Below, piece by piece: positions 18,477 through 25,485 of a stretch of 32,000 nucleotides of DNA (position 1 is its first letter; each line of letters begins with the position of its first letter). This DNA comes from Okeania sp. (GTDB lineage Bacteria; Cyanobacteriota; Cyanobacteriia; Cyanobacteriales; Microcoleaceae), in contig NZ_JAYKGW010000023.1 in NCBI RefSeq assembly GCF_035285525.1, positions 16,785-48,784 of the forward strand. Direction: 5' to 3'. Under the pieces are notes generated by a model. That model was not told where the DNA came from, did not search any database, and saw nothing but the letters and a program-made list of their open reading frames with translations. Made by a program: the position numbers and the translations under genes.

Positions 18477-18938
18477 ATGGAACAACCAACAAATCAACCG
18501 ATAGCAGAAAATTTGTGGTGGGTAATACCAGGTAAATTAGCAGGCGTTCGGAAACCGACAGCAGAAGAGTTGCCAGAATTACAGAAATTAGGCATTGGCG
18601 CAATAGTCTCTCTAATGGATGATCCCTCTAATTTAGAACTTTATGAACAAGCTAATTTACCTCATCTGTGGTTGCCAACAAAAGGAGGAACAGCACCAAG
18701 TCGAGAACAATTTCAAAATTTACAGAATTTTATTGATAGTCAAAATCATGGAGTTGCAATTCATTGTACTAATGGTAGAAGGCGAACAGCTACTGCTCTT
18801 GGCGGGTATTTGATTAATTCTGGAGCTTCTTATGAAGAGGCAATGGAAATGATTTCAACGGCAAATCCAGAAATTGAGTTACGGGAAGCTCAAAGTATCT
18901 TTTTACAAGATTTGGCAAAAAAATCATGGTGTAAGTAG
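18477..18938 (+). CDS. Dual-specificity-phosphatase-fold protein with an HCX5R(T) P-loop (153 aa)
   Basis: The P-loop is HCTNGRRRTA. The overall layout resembles small archaeal/bacterial DSP-type PTPs (SsoPTP-like). An AGGA SD lies about 10 nt upstream. Confidence 0.8.
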   Translation: MEQPTNQPIAENLWWVIPGKLAGVRKPTAEELPELQKLGIGAIVSLMDDPSNLELYEQANLPHLWLPTKGGTAPSREQFQNLQNFIDSQNHGVAIHCTNGRRRTATALGGYLINSGASYEEAMEMISTANPEIELREAQSIFLQDLAKKSWCK

Positions 18939-19054
18939 TCGTGCAAAATTAATTTCCTAGTTGAGACAGGGAACACTTAATCTGAGAACAGACAACAGAA
19001 AAAAAGAATTGATAATTTCTTGATAATATCAAATCCGTTGACAATGGTCTTAAT

Positions 19055-19235
19055 AAGAAACCGGGTTTGTGTTCTACAATAGATATCTCCAGAAAAGAGG
19101 GAACAGGGAACAGGGAACAGGGAACAGGGAACAGGGGATAATAATTGATGATGTATAGATAAGAATTGATTTTATTTTTTATTTCTGGAGATGTTTGATG
19201 GCGATAGAATTGAAAACAAACCCGATTTCTGCGCT
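19055..19235. mobile_element. Nested MITE-like long hairpin
   Basis: The outer arms are AGAAACCGGGTTTGTGTTCTACAAT and ATTGAAAACAAACCCGATTTCT. The inner arms are GATATCTCCAGAAAAG and TTTCTGGAGATGT. The core is (GGGAACA)x5 at 19099-19136. Confidence 0.6.
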
Positions 19236-19405
19236 TTTTCATATTGATACTACTGTATTTTATATTGTATAGCGCTGCGTGCAGGGAATAGGGAATACGG
19301 AACAGGGAAGAGGAAGAATAAATTGCTGATCATATAAGGCTTTGAGCTGCTTGGACACTTCCTAAAATTTGTAAATATTAAGTGCGCACATTGCTATACC
19401 GCATT

Positions 19406-19435
19406 TGTAGGGGTTAACAGTTGTTAACCCCTACA
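19406..19435. repeat. Palindromic hairpin TGTAGGGGTTAAC-agtt-GTTAACCCCTACA
   Basis: A perfect 13-bp inverted repeat, read directly. Confidence 0.85.
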
Positions 19436-19456
19436 ATCGTATTTATGGTGGTTTTG

Positions 19457-19497
19457 GTTAATTTTTAGTTAATATTTGGTTAATGTTTGGTTAAGCA
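19457..19497 (+). promoter_or_regulatory. Four direct 8-bp repeats with 3-bp linkers (exact 11-bp phase), resembling a cyanobacterial Pho box (SphR/PhoB site) array
   Basis: GTTAATTT-tta-GTTAATAT-ttg-GTTAATGT-ttg-GTTAAGCA. The TTAA cores start at 19458, 19469, 19480 and 19491. -10-like hexamers lie downstream: TCTAAT at 19511-19516 and TACAAT at 19524-19529. A GGAG SD is at 19551, and the gap ATG is at 19561. Confidence 0.45.
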
Positions 19498-19560
19498 ATT
19501 GAATTGTGACTCTAATGCTTTGATACAATTCAAAGCTAATAAATAAAGTAGGAGAAGAAC

Positions 19561-20574
19561 ATGGCAATACGCATAGGAATTAATGGATTTGGTCGCATCG
19601 GTAGGTTGGTACTCCGTGCATCTTGGGAATGGCCAGAACTAGAATTTGTTCACATCAATGAAGTTAAAGGAGGTACGGAAGCAGCAGCACATTTACTCAA
19701 GTTTGATTCTGTACATGGGAGATGGTTGCCGGAAGTAGAAGCAAGAGACAAGCAAGTCATAATTGATGGCAAAGCTCTGAGTTTCAGTGAATATTCCCAA
19801 CCTGGTGAAGTACCTTGGGAAAAATTTGGTGTTGATATTGTATTAGAATGTTCTGGCAAGTTTAGAACTAAAAGTACCCTCGATCCTTACTTTGAGCATG
19901 GTATCAAAAAAGTGATTGTGGCAGCACCAGTTAAAGAAGAAGCGTTAAATGTAGTTATGGGTGTTAACGATCATCTCTACGATCCTAACAAACATCACCT
20001 ACTGACAGCAGCTTCTTGTACTACTAACTGTCTAGCTCCAGTGGTAAAGGTGATTCAGGAAGGATTAGGAATTAAACATGGAGTGATTACGACTATCCAT
20101 GACAATACTAATACTCAAGTTATTGTTGATGCACCTCATAAAGATTTACGTCGTGCTAGATCTACAAGTTTGTCACTGATTCCGACTACAACGGGTTCGG
20201 CAACAGCGATCGGATTAATTTATCCAGAGCTGAATGGTAAGTTGAATGGTTTAGCGGTACGAGTTCCTTTATTAAATGCTTCTTTGACAGACTGTGTATT
20301 TGAAGTAGCTCGCCCTACCACGGTAGCAGAAATTAATAGTTTATTGAAAACTGCATCGGAACAAGCACCGCTCAAAGGAATTTTAGGTTATGAAGAACGT
20401 CCTTTAGTTTCTATTGACTATAAAGATGACCCCCGTTCTTCTATTATTGATGCTCTCTCAACCATGGTAGTCGATGAAACTCAAGTGAAAATTTTAGCTT
20501 GGTATGATAATGAATGGGGTTATGCTAACCGGATGGCAGAGTTAGCTCGAAAAGTTGCTCTGAGTTTGCAATAG
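19561..20574 (+). CDS. gap: Type I glyceraldehyde-3-phosphate dehydrogenase (ars-associated, gap3-like)
   Basis: INGFGRIGR is present, along with the catalytic SCTTNCLAP motif and WYDNEWGY. The length is 337 aa. It sits in the same orientation upstream of an ArsJ-like MFS gene. Confidence 0.93.
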   Translation: MAIRIGINGFGRIGRLVLRASWEWPELEFVHINEVKGGTEAAAHLLKFDSVHGRWLPEVEARDKQVIIDGKALSFSEYSQPGEVPWEKFGVDIVLECSGKFRTKSTLDPYFEHGIKKVIVAAPVKEEALNVVMGVNDHLYDPNKHHLLTAASCTTNCLAPVVKVIQEGLGIKHGVITTIHDNTNTQVIVDAPHKDLRRARSTSLSLIPTTTGSATAIGLIYPELNGKLNGLAVRVPLLNASLTDCVFEVARPTTVAEINSLLKTASEQAPLKGILGYEERPLVSIDYKDDPRSSIIDALSTMVVDETQVKILAWYDNEWGYANRMAELARKVALSLQ

Positions 20575-20646
20575 GGATTTCAGTTATCAGTTATAGCCAT
20601 ACAGCGCTTTTCAAATGGATGAACCACATTGCCATAACCAAAATTT

Positions 20647-20686
20647 TGTAGGGACGTTCGCATTTTTGTTATGCAACGTCCCTACA
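20647..20686. repeat. Hairpin repeat TGTAGGGACGTT...AACGTCCCTACA
   Basis: 12-bp inverted arms were read directly, downstream of gap. It is preceded by a CAGTTAT STRR at 20581-20594. Confidence 0.8.
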
Positions 20687-20701
20687 GAGTCAGAAGAAGG
20701 A

Positions 20702-20743
20702 GTAGAGGGTTTGGAGTAGAGGGTTTGGAGAGCAAACCCCTAC
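20702..20743. repeat. GTAGAGGGTTTGGA duplicated half-site plus the AAACCCCTAC arm (same family as 1722 and 21589)
   Basis: Direct reading gives gtagagggtttgga gtagagggtttgga gagc aaacccctac. Confidence 0.8.
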
Positions 20744-20849
20744 AACCTTGAACTTTACCAATGCTACCGGATTTGATATAATTCATAAGTTATGACTGAT
20801 AACTGATGGCTGTTTGTTTACAATAAATAAAATAAATAAGGAGAAAAAT

Positions 20850-21158
20850 ATGACTGAAGTTTCTATCACAATGAAAGATATTTTTCAGCAGCGAGCAGTT
20901 CCAATTATAGAGAATTTTCTCGCTACTGATAATTTATTTGAAAGTTTAAAAAGAGATGAAATGATTGAATCTATCTTCGATACTTTTCTGAGAAATTGTT
21001 CTCTAGAAGAATTACAAGAAATGGCTGAAGAAATACTTAGCGATAGAATCAGACGTATATTGGGAGGACGAGTATTATATGGATTAATAAGTGATTTCAC
21101 ACCTGAAGAAATGGAAGAATTTGATGCAGCAGTTCGAGATATGAGGAAAATGTGGTAA
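20850..21158 (+). CDS. Putative antitoxin partner of VapC (102 aa, no recognisable DNA-binding fold)
   Basis: The ATG at 20850 has an AAGGAG SD. The stop TAA overlaps the downstream ATG (TAATG). The protein is acidic and helical. Its C-terminal tail (TPEEMEEFDAAVRDMRKMW) resembles the toxin-binding tails of cyanobacterial VapB-like antitoxins, from memory. Confidence 0.55.
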   Translation: MTEVSITMKDIFQQRAVPIIENFLATDNLFESLKRDEMIESIFDTFLRNCSLEELQEMAEEILSDRIRRILGGRVLYGLISDFTPEEMEEFDAAVRDMRKMW

Positions 21159-21568
21159 TGGATTATTTATTAGATACAAATATTCTGACTGCTCTTATTA
21201 AACAAGATTCTCGACTACTTTATCGGTTGAATAATGTTAACTATAGACGAGAGAATCTCTTTATTAGTTGTGTTAACTATTTTGAAAGTAAGGGAGGTTT
21301 ATTAGCCGTTAATTCCCAGAAAAAGTTAGCTATTTTAGAGGATTTGTGTAAAAATAATATCAATATTTTGTTTTTAGACAAGATAGAAATAATTAATATC
21401 GCCTCTGAGATTTATGCAAATTTAAGGAAAAAAGGAACACCCATACAAGTTCCCGATCTTCTAATTGCAGCTACAGCAATTTATCATAATTTGGTTTTAG
21501 TTTCTAACGATTCTGATATGTTAAGAGTTGAAGGTTTAATTGTAGAAAATTGGTTACAACAATCCTAA
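21158..21568 (+). CDS. vapC: PIN-domain ribonuclease toxin (VapC family)
   Basis: The N-terminus is YLLDTNIL and the acidic quartet candidates are D(TN), E (YFES), D (PDLLIAA) and D (SNDSD). The size is about 136 aa. It is translationally coupled to the upstream small ORF. Confidence 0.85.
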   Translation: MDYLLDTNILTALIKQDSRLLYRLNNVNYRRENLFISCVNYFESKGGLLAVNSQKKLAILEDLCKNNINILFLDKIEIINIASEIYANLRKKGTPIQVPDLLIAATAIYHNLVLVSNDSDMLRVEGLIVENWLQQS

Positions 21569-21588
21569 ATAGTTTGTAAGATTCAATC

Positions 21589-21612
21589 GTAGGGGTTTGG
21601 TCTCCAAACCCA
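21589..21612. repeat. GTAGGGGTTTGGTCTCCAAACCC hairpin repeat (right arm truncated)
   Basis: The same core as 1722-1749, located 20 bp after the vapC stop. Confidence 0.75.
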
Positions 21613-21697
21613 AGCGTAAAGTGATTTAAACACCAAACTTCTACAGTTTTTTACGGCTAATGATTTCATATTACAATAGTTTATATTAATAAAAATA

Positions 21698-22954
21698 ATG
21701 ACTTCTACTACAAGTTCTAGTATAAAAAATTATGCCCTAGTTACCCTTGCCTACTGGGGTTTCACCATTACTGATGGTGCTTTGCGAATGTTGGTGTTAC
21801 TCTATTTTAATAAAATTGGTTATACACCACTAGAGATAGCCTTTTTATTCCTATTTTATGAAGTTTTTGGCATCTTTACTAATTTTTTTGGTGGCTGGAT
21901 CGGTTCTCAATTTGGATTAAGAGTTACTCTATACAGTGGTTTGGGGTTACAGGTTTTCGCCCTGATTATGCTTTCATGGGTAAATCCAAGTTGGGCGCAA
22001 TGGTTAGCAGTATCTTATGTAATGGTAGCACAAGCATTTTCGGGAATTGCTAAAGATTTAACCAAAATGAGTGCTAAAAGTGCTATTAAGTTAGTCATCC
22101 CTGAAGATACTGAATCATCTCTATTTAAGTGGGTGGCAATATTAACAGGTTCCAAGAATGCTCTGAAAGGACTTGGTTTTTTTGTAGGTAGTGCGCTACT
22201 GACATTATTTGGATTTGTTAATGCTCTGTGGATAATGGCAGGTGGATTATTTTTAATTCTGTTCACGAGCATAATGTTACCAGAGGGGATGGGCAAAATT
22301 AAGCAGAAGGTGAAATTTAAAGAACTTTTTTCTAAAAGTCAGGAAATTAATATTCTTTCTGCTGCCCGTTTCTTTTTATTCGGTTCCCGAGATGTCTGGT
22401 TTGTGGTAGGATTACCTGTTTTCCTAGAAGGTGTTTTGGGTTGGTCATTTTATGAAGTTGGTGGATTTATGGCTTGTTGGGTGATTGGATATGGTATCAT
22501 TCAATCTTTAGCACCGACACTTATAAAGAAATTTGGTTCTGGTGAACCTCCAAAATCAAAAACTATCCAATTTTGGACCTTAACATTAACTGGTATTCCT
22601 GGAGCGATCGCTATTGCATTACAATTCGGTTTACCTGCTAATTGGGTTATTGTTGGTGGTTTAATGTTATTTGGTGTAGTATTTGCTTTTAATTCTGCAG
22701 TTCATTCTTACCTGGTATTAGCATTTACTGATGATGACAAAGTAGCTTTAAATGTTGGTTTCTATTATATGGCTAATTCTGGAGGTCGTCTTGCAGGTAC
22801 AGTTTTATCTGGATTAATTTATCAAATATTTGGTTTAGTTGGTTGTCTGTGGGTATCAATGGTGTTTGTGTTAGGAGCAGCTTTAGTTTCTCTGAAATTA
22901 CCCGATCCTCAACCAAGTAAAGATATAGTTTGGAATGCAGGTGGAGGAGATTAA
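21698..22954 (+). CDS. arsJ: MFS transporter, ArsJ-type (1-arseno-3-phosphoglycerate efflux)
   Basis: A 12-TM-type MFS protein of 418 aa. The N-terminal block YALVTLAYWGFTITDGALRMLVLLYF..GYTPLEIAFLFLFYE matches my recollection of ArsJ. A same-strand gapdh lies upstream, which is the diagnostic gene pairing. Confidence 0.72.
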   Translation: MTSTTSSSIKNYALVTLAYWGFTITDGALRMLVLLYFNKIGYTPLEIAFLFLFYEVFGIFTNFFGGWIGSQFGLRVTLYSGLGLQVFALIMLSWVNPSWAQWLAVSYVMVAQAFSGIAKDLTKMSAKSAIKLVIPEDTESSLFKWVAILTGSKNALKGLGFFVGSALLTLFGFVNALWIMAGGLFLILFTSIMLPEGMGKIKQKVKFKELFSKSQEINILSAARFFLFGSRDVWFVVGLPVFLEGVLGWSFYEVGGFMACWVIGYGIIQSLAPTLIKKFGSGEPPKSKTIQFWTLTLTGIPGAIAIALQFGLPANWVIVGGLMLFGVVFAFNSAVHSYLVLAFTDDDKVALNVGFYYMANSGGRLAGTVLSGLIYQIFGLVGCLWVSMVFVLGAALVSLKLPDPQPSKDIVWNAGGGD

Positions 22955-22961
22955 TCAGTAA

Positions 22962-23297
22962 GTAGGTTGGGTTGAGGCACGAAACCCAACATTATTATAG
23001 CTGTTTGGTTTCGCACTTTCTCAACTTAACCTACAATATAAGTGAGTAGGTTGGGTTGAGGCACGAAACCCAACATTATTGTAGCTGTTGGGTTTCGCAC
23101 TTTCTCAACTTAACCTACAATATAAGTGAGTAGGTTGGGTTGAGGCACGAAACCCAACATTATTATAGCTGTTGGGTTTCGCACTTTCTCAACTTAACCT
23201 ACAATATAAGTGAGTAGGTTGGGTTGAGGCACGAAACCCAACATTATTATAGCTGTTGGGTTTCGCACTTTCTCAACCCAACCTACAATATAAGTAA
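22962..23297. repeat. Four tandem 84-bp REPIN units (two inverted REPs each)
   Basis: Units start at 22962, 23046, 23130 and 23214. Each contains GTAGGTTGGGTTGAGGCACGAAACCCAACA ... TGTTGGGTTTCGCACTTTCTCAACTTAACCTAC, and the copies are nearly identical. Confidence 0.9.
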
Positions 23298-23447
23298 CAA
23301 CATCAACAGCTTAATCCAACACAATCTTCGTTTGTGTTGGGTTTCGTTCCTCAACCCAACCTACAATATAAGTAACAACATCAACAGCTTAACCCAACAA
23401 AATCTTCGTTTGTGTTGGGTTTCGTTCCTCAACCCAACCTACAAAAC
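23298..23447. repeat. Two 78-bp-period units carrying single REPs (TGTTGGGTTTCGTTCCTCAACCCAACCTAC)
   Basis: Repeat starts are at about 23291 and 23369. The last REP ends just before the RAYT ATG. Confidence 0.85.
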
Positions 23448-23450
23448 TTT

Positions 23451-23993
23451 ATGGAATATCGTCGGGCAAAAACACCAGGGGCAACTTATTTTTTCACAGT
23501 AGTTACATACAACCGCCAAAAAATTTTGTGCCAACCTGAAAATATAAATTTACTCAGAAAAGCTTTTCGATATGTTATACAAAAACATCCATTTAAAATA
23601 GATGGTATTGTCATCTTGCCAAACCATCTCCATTCTGTTTGGACATTACCTGAAAATGATGCAGACTTTTCGACTCGTTGGCGATTAATTAAAAGTTATT
23701 TTAGTCGTCAATGCTATTCTCAATATAAGAAAAAAATTTCAACATCTCGACAAAATAAAAAGGAAAAAACTGTTTGGCAAAGGAGGTTTTGGGAACATCA
23801 AGTTCGAGGCGATCGCGATTTTGTTAATCATCTGGAATATATTCATTATAACCCGGTACATCATGGATTAGTAGCTGCTCCGAAAGATTGGCAATATTCT
23901 AGTTTTCATCGTTATGTAAAAGCAGGAATTTATGATCGAATGTGGGGTTCTTCAGAAAGACTTATTTTTGATAGTAGTATTGGCAAAGAATAA
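23451..23993 (+). CDS. rayT: REP-associated tyrosine transposase (RAYT, IS200-like Y1 HUH enzyme)
   Basis: The HUH motif is LPNHLHSVW and the catalytic Tyr region is HLEYIHYNPVHHGL. WQRRFWEH and the about 180-aa size also fit. REP arrays flank it on both sides. I chose the ATG at 23451 (MEYRRAK), because the tracked upstream extension lies inside a REP. Confidence 0.88.
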   Translation: MEYRRAKTPGATYFFTVVTYNRQKILCQPENINLLRKAFRYVIQKHPFKIDGIVILPNHLHSVWTLPENDADFSTRWRLIKSYFSRQCYSQYKKKISTSRQNKKEKTVWQRRFWEHQVRGDRDFVNHLEYIHYNPVHHGLVAAPKDWQYSSFHRYVKAGIYDRMWGSSERLIFDSSIGKE

Positions 23994-23996
23994 AAT

Positions 23997-24213
23997 GTAG
24001 GTTGGGTTGAACGATAGTGAAACCCAACACCAAGCACAAAGTAATATCGTGTTGGGTTTCGTGCCTTAACCCAACCTACAATATCATTCTTGTTGGGCTT
24101 CGTGCCTCAACCCAACCTACAATATCATTCTTGTTGGGTTTCGTGCCTCAACTCAACCTACAAAACTATTCTGGTTGGGTTTCGTTCCTCAACCCAACCT
24201 ACAAAACTACAAA
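23997..24213. repeat. REP array downstream of the RAYT (5 REP hairpins, one inverted pair plus three direct)
   Basis: GTAGGTTGGGTTGAACGATAGTGAAACCCAACA is followed by four TGTTGGG[TC]TTCGT[GT]CC..AACC[CT]AACCTACAA copies. The array abuts the cydB stop codon. Confidence 0.88.
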
Positions 24214-24214
24214 A

Positions 24215-25225
24215 CTATTCTTCACCGTGGCTGACAACTTTGCCCCGAAATACCACATAATTATAGATGTTATAAAACAACATTATGGGAATCAGAAAAC
24301 CAATAAAAATTAGCATAAATACTAAAGCACTAGGAGCTGCTGCTGCCTGATAAATTGTGATTTGTGTGGGAATAATGTAAGGAAAAACAATTAAACCTAA
24401 ACCAAGAAATGTTAACAAAAATATCAGGATTGTCCAGATAAAAGGGGTCACTTCTTCTCTTTGATTGATACTTTTTAAGAGTAACCAAACTAATAATATT
24501 CCTAAGACTGGAATGATAGAAAAAATATATACTAAAGGAGGACTAAATAATCTATTCCTGACAGTTTCATAAAAAATTGGGGTGGAAATAGTAATAAAAA
24601 TTGCCCCTATTAATGTGGTTATTGCTGCTAGTTTTGCGGTGCGAAAATGAGTGTTTTGGAGTTCTCCTTCTGTTTTTAAAATTAAGTAAGTTGAACCTAT
24701 TAATACATAACCTTGAATTAAAGTTAAAGACACCAATAAAGTTCGCCAGTTTAACCAATCCAAAGTTGAACCAATAAAATGCCCCATTTCATCTACTTGA
24801 ATCCCTTCAATGACGCTACCGAGAGCAAATCCTTGTCCTAATGCTGCAATGAAACTGCCAGCACCAAAAGCAAAATTCCAAAATAATTTGCGTTCAGCGT
24901 GTTCCCGAAATTCAAAAGCAACTGCCCTAAAAATCAAACCAAAAATCATAATAAAAATGGGAATATATAGGGCAGTGAGAATGGTTCCATAAGCCAAAGG
25001 AAAAGCACCAAATAAAGCTCCTCCCATCAATACTAACCATGTTTCGTTAGCATCCCAGATATTTCCTAAACTCGTCATTAACAGACTTCTGCGTTCTTCA
25101 TTGGAACTGGTTAAAGAAAGAATACCAACCCCTAAATCAAACCCATCTAAAATTACATAGAGAAACAAAAACAAGGCTAAAATTACAAACCAAACTTGGG
25201 GCAAAAAATGTAATAACGCTTCCAT
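24215..25225 (-). CDS. cydB: Cytochrome bd quinol oxidase subunit II
   Basis: The N-terminus is typical of CydB (WFVILALFLFLYVILDGFDLGVGIL). It is a polytopic protein located downstream of cydA. I chose the ATG at 25225 with an AAGGAG SD, which is 11 codons shorter than the tracked ORF. Confidence 0.92.
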   Translation of the reverse strand: MEALLHFLPQVWFVILALFLFLYVILDGFDLGVGILSLTSSNEERRSLLMTSLGNIWDANETWLVLMGGALFGAFPLAYGTILTALYIPIFIMIFGLIFRAVAFEFREHAERKLFWNFAFGAGSFIAALGQGFALGSVIEGIQVDEMGHFIGSTLDWLNWRTLLVSLTLIQGYVLIGSTYLILKTEGELQNTHFRTAKLAAITTLIGAIFITISTPIFYETVRNRLFSPPLVYIFSIIPVLGILLVWLLLKSINQREEVTPFIWTILIFLLTFLGLGLIVFPYIIPTQITIYQAAAAPSALVFMLIFIGFLIPIMLFYNIYNYVVFRGKVVSHGEE

Positions 25226-25250
25226 ATCAACTCCTTTTCTGTAGTTTTGG

Positions 25251-25478
25251 TAACACAAGCATCTTGCTTGTTACTAGGTTATACAAACGGACTTACATAG
25301 GTGAACCCAGAAACCCGGTTTCTTGGAGAAACCGGGTTTCTTTGCGTAAGTCCTTAAAAAAGCAGAGAAACCGGGTTTCTTTGCGTAAGTCCTTAAAAAA
25401 AGCACAGAAACCGGGTTTCTTTGAAATCCTCACTATAGTCATATCTATCTCCCATAAACCCGGTTTCTTATAACACAC
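25251..25478. repeat. Composite repeat block in the cydA-cydB spacer
   Basis: It contains the GTAACACAAGCATCTTGCTTGTTAC hairpin at 25251-25275. It also contains AGAAACCCGGTTTCT palindromes with two full units plus a partial third unit (about 40-bp period) of GAGAAACCGGGTTTCTTTGCGTAAGTCCTTAAAAAAGCA. Confidence 0.88.
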
Positions 25479-25485
25479 CGATATT

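Noticed and set aside
17803-18478. Minus-strand ORFs 17803..18186 (127 aa) and 18290..18478 (62 aa)
   Set aside because: The + strand of the same region gives a coherent, family-like IscB C-terminal translation across three frames. The minus-strand peptides are low-complexity and have no recognisable features.
18949-19242. Tracked ORF 18949..19242 (-), 97 aa
   Set aside because: It runs through the nested hairpin/STRR element (PLFPVPCSLFPVPS is the translated GGGAACA heptamers).
22962-23447. A regular repeat array that superficially resembles a CRISPR locus
   Set aside because: The units are whole 84/78-bp tandem duplications with no unique spacers. The repeats are inverted REP pairs matching those downstream of a RAYT gene, and there are no cas genes.
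23224-23502. Tracked ORFs 23224..23502 and 24017..24313 (92 and 98 aa)
   Set aside because: They lie entirely within REP/REPIN arrays. Their peptides are repetitive translations of the repeats (CWVSFLNPTYN...), so they are not genes.
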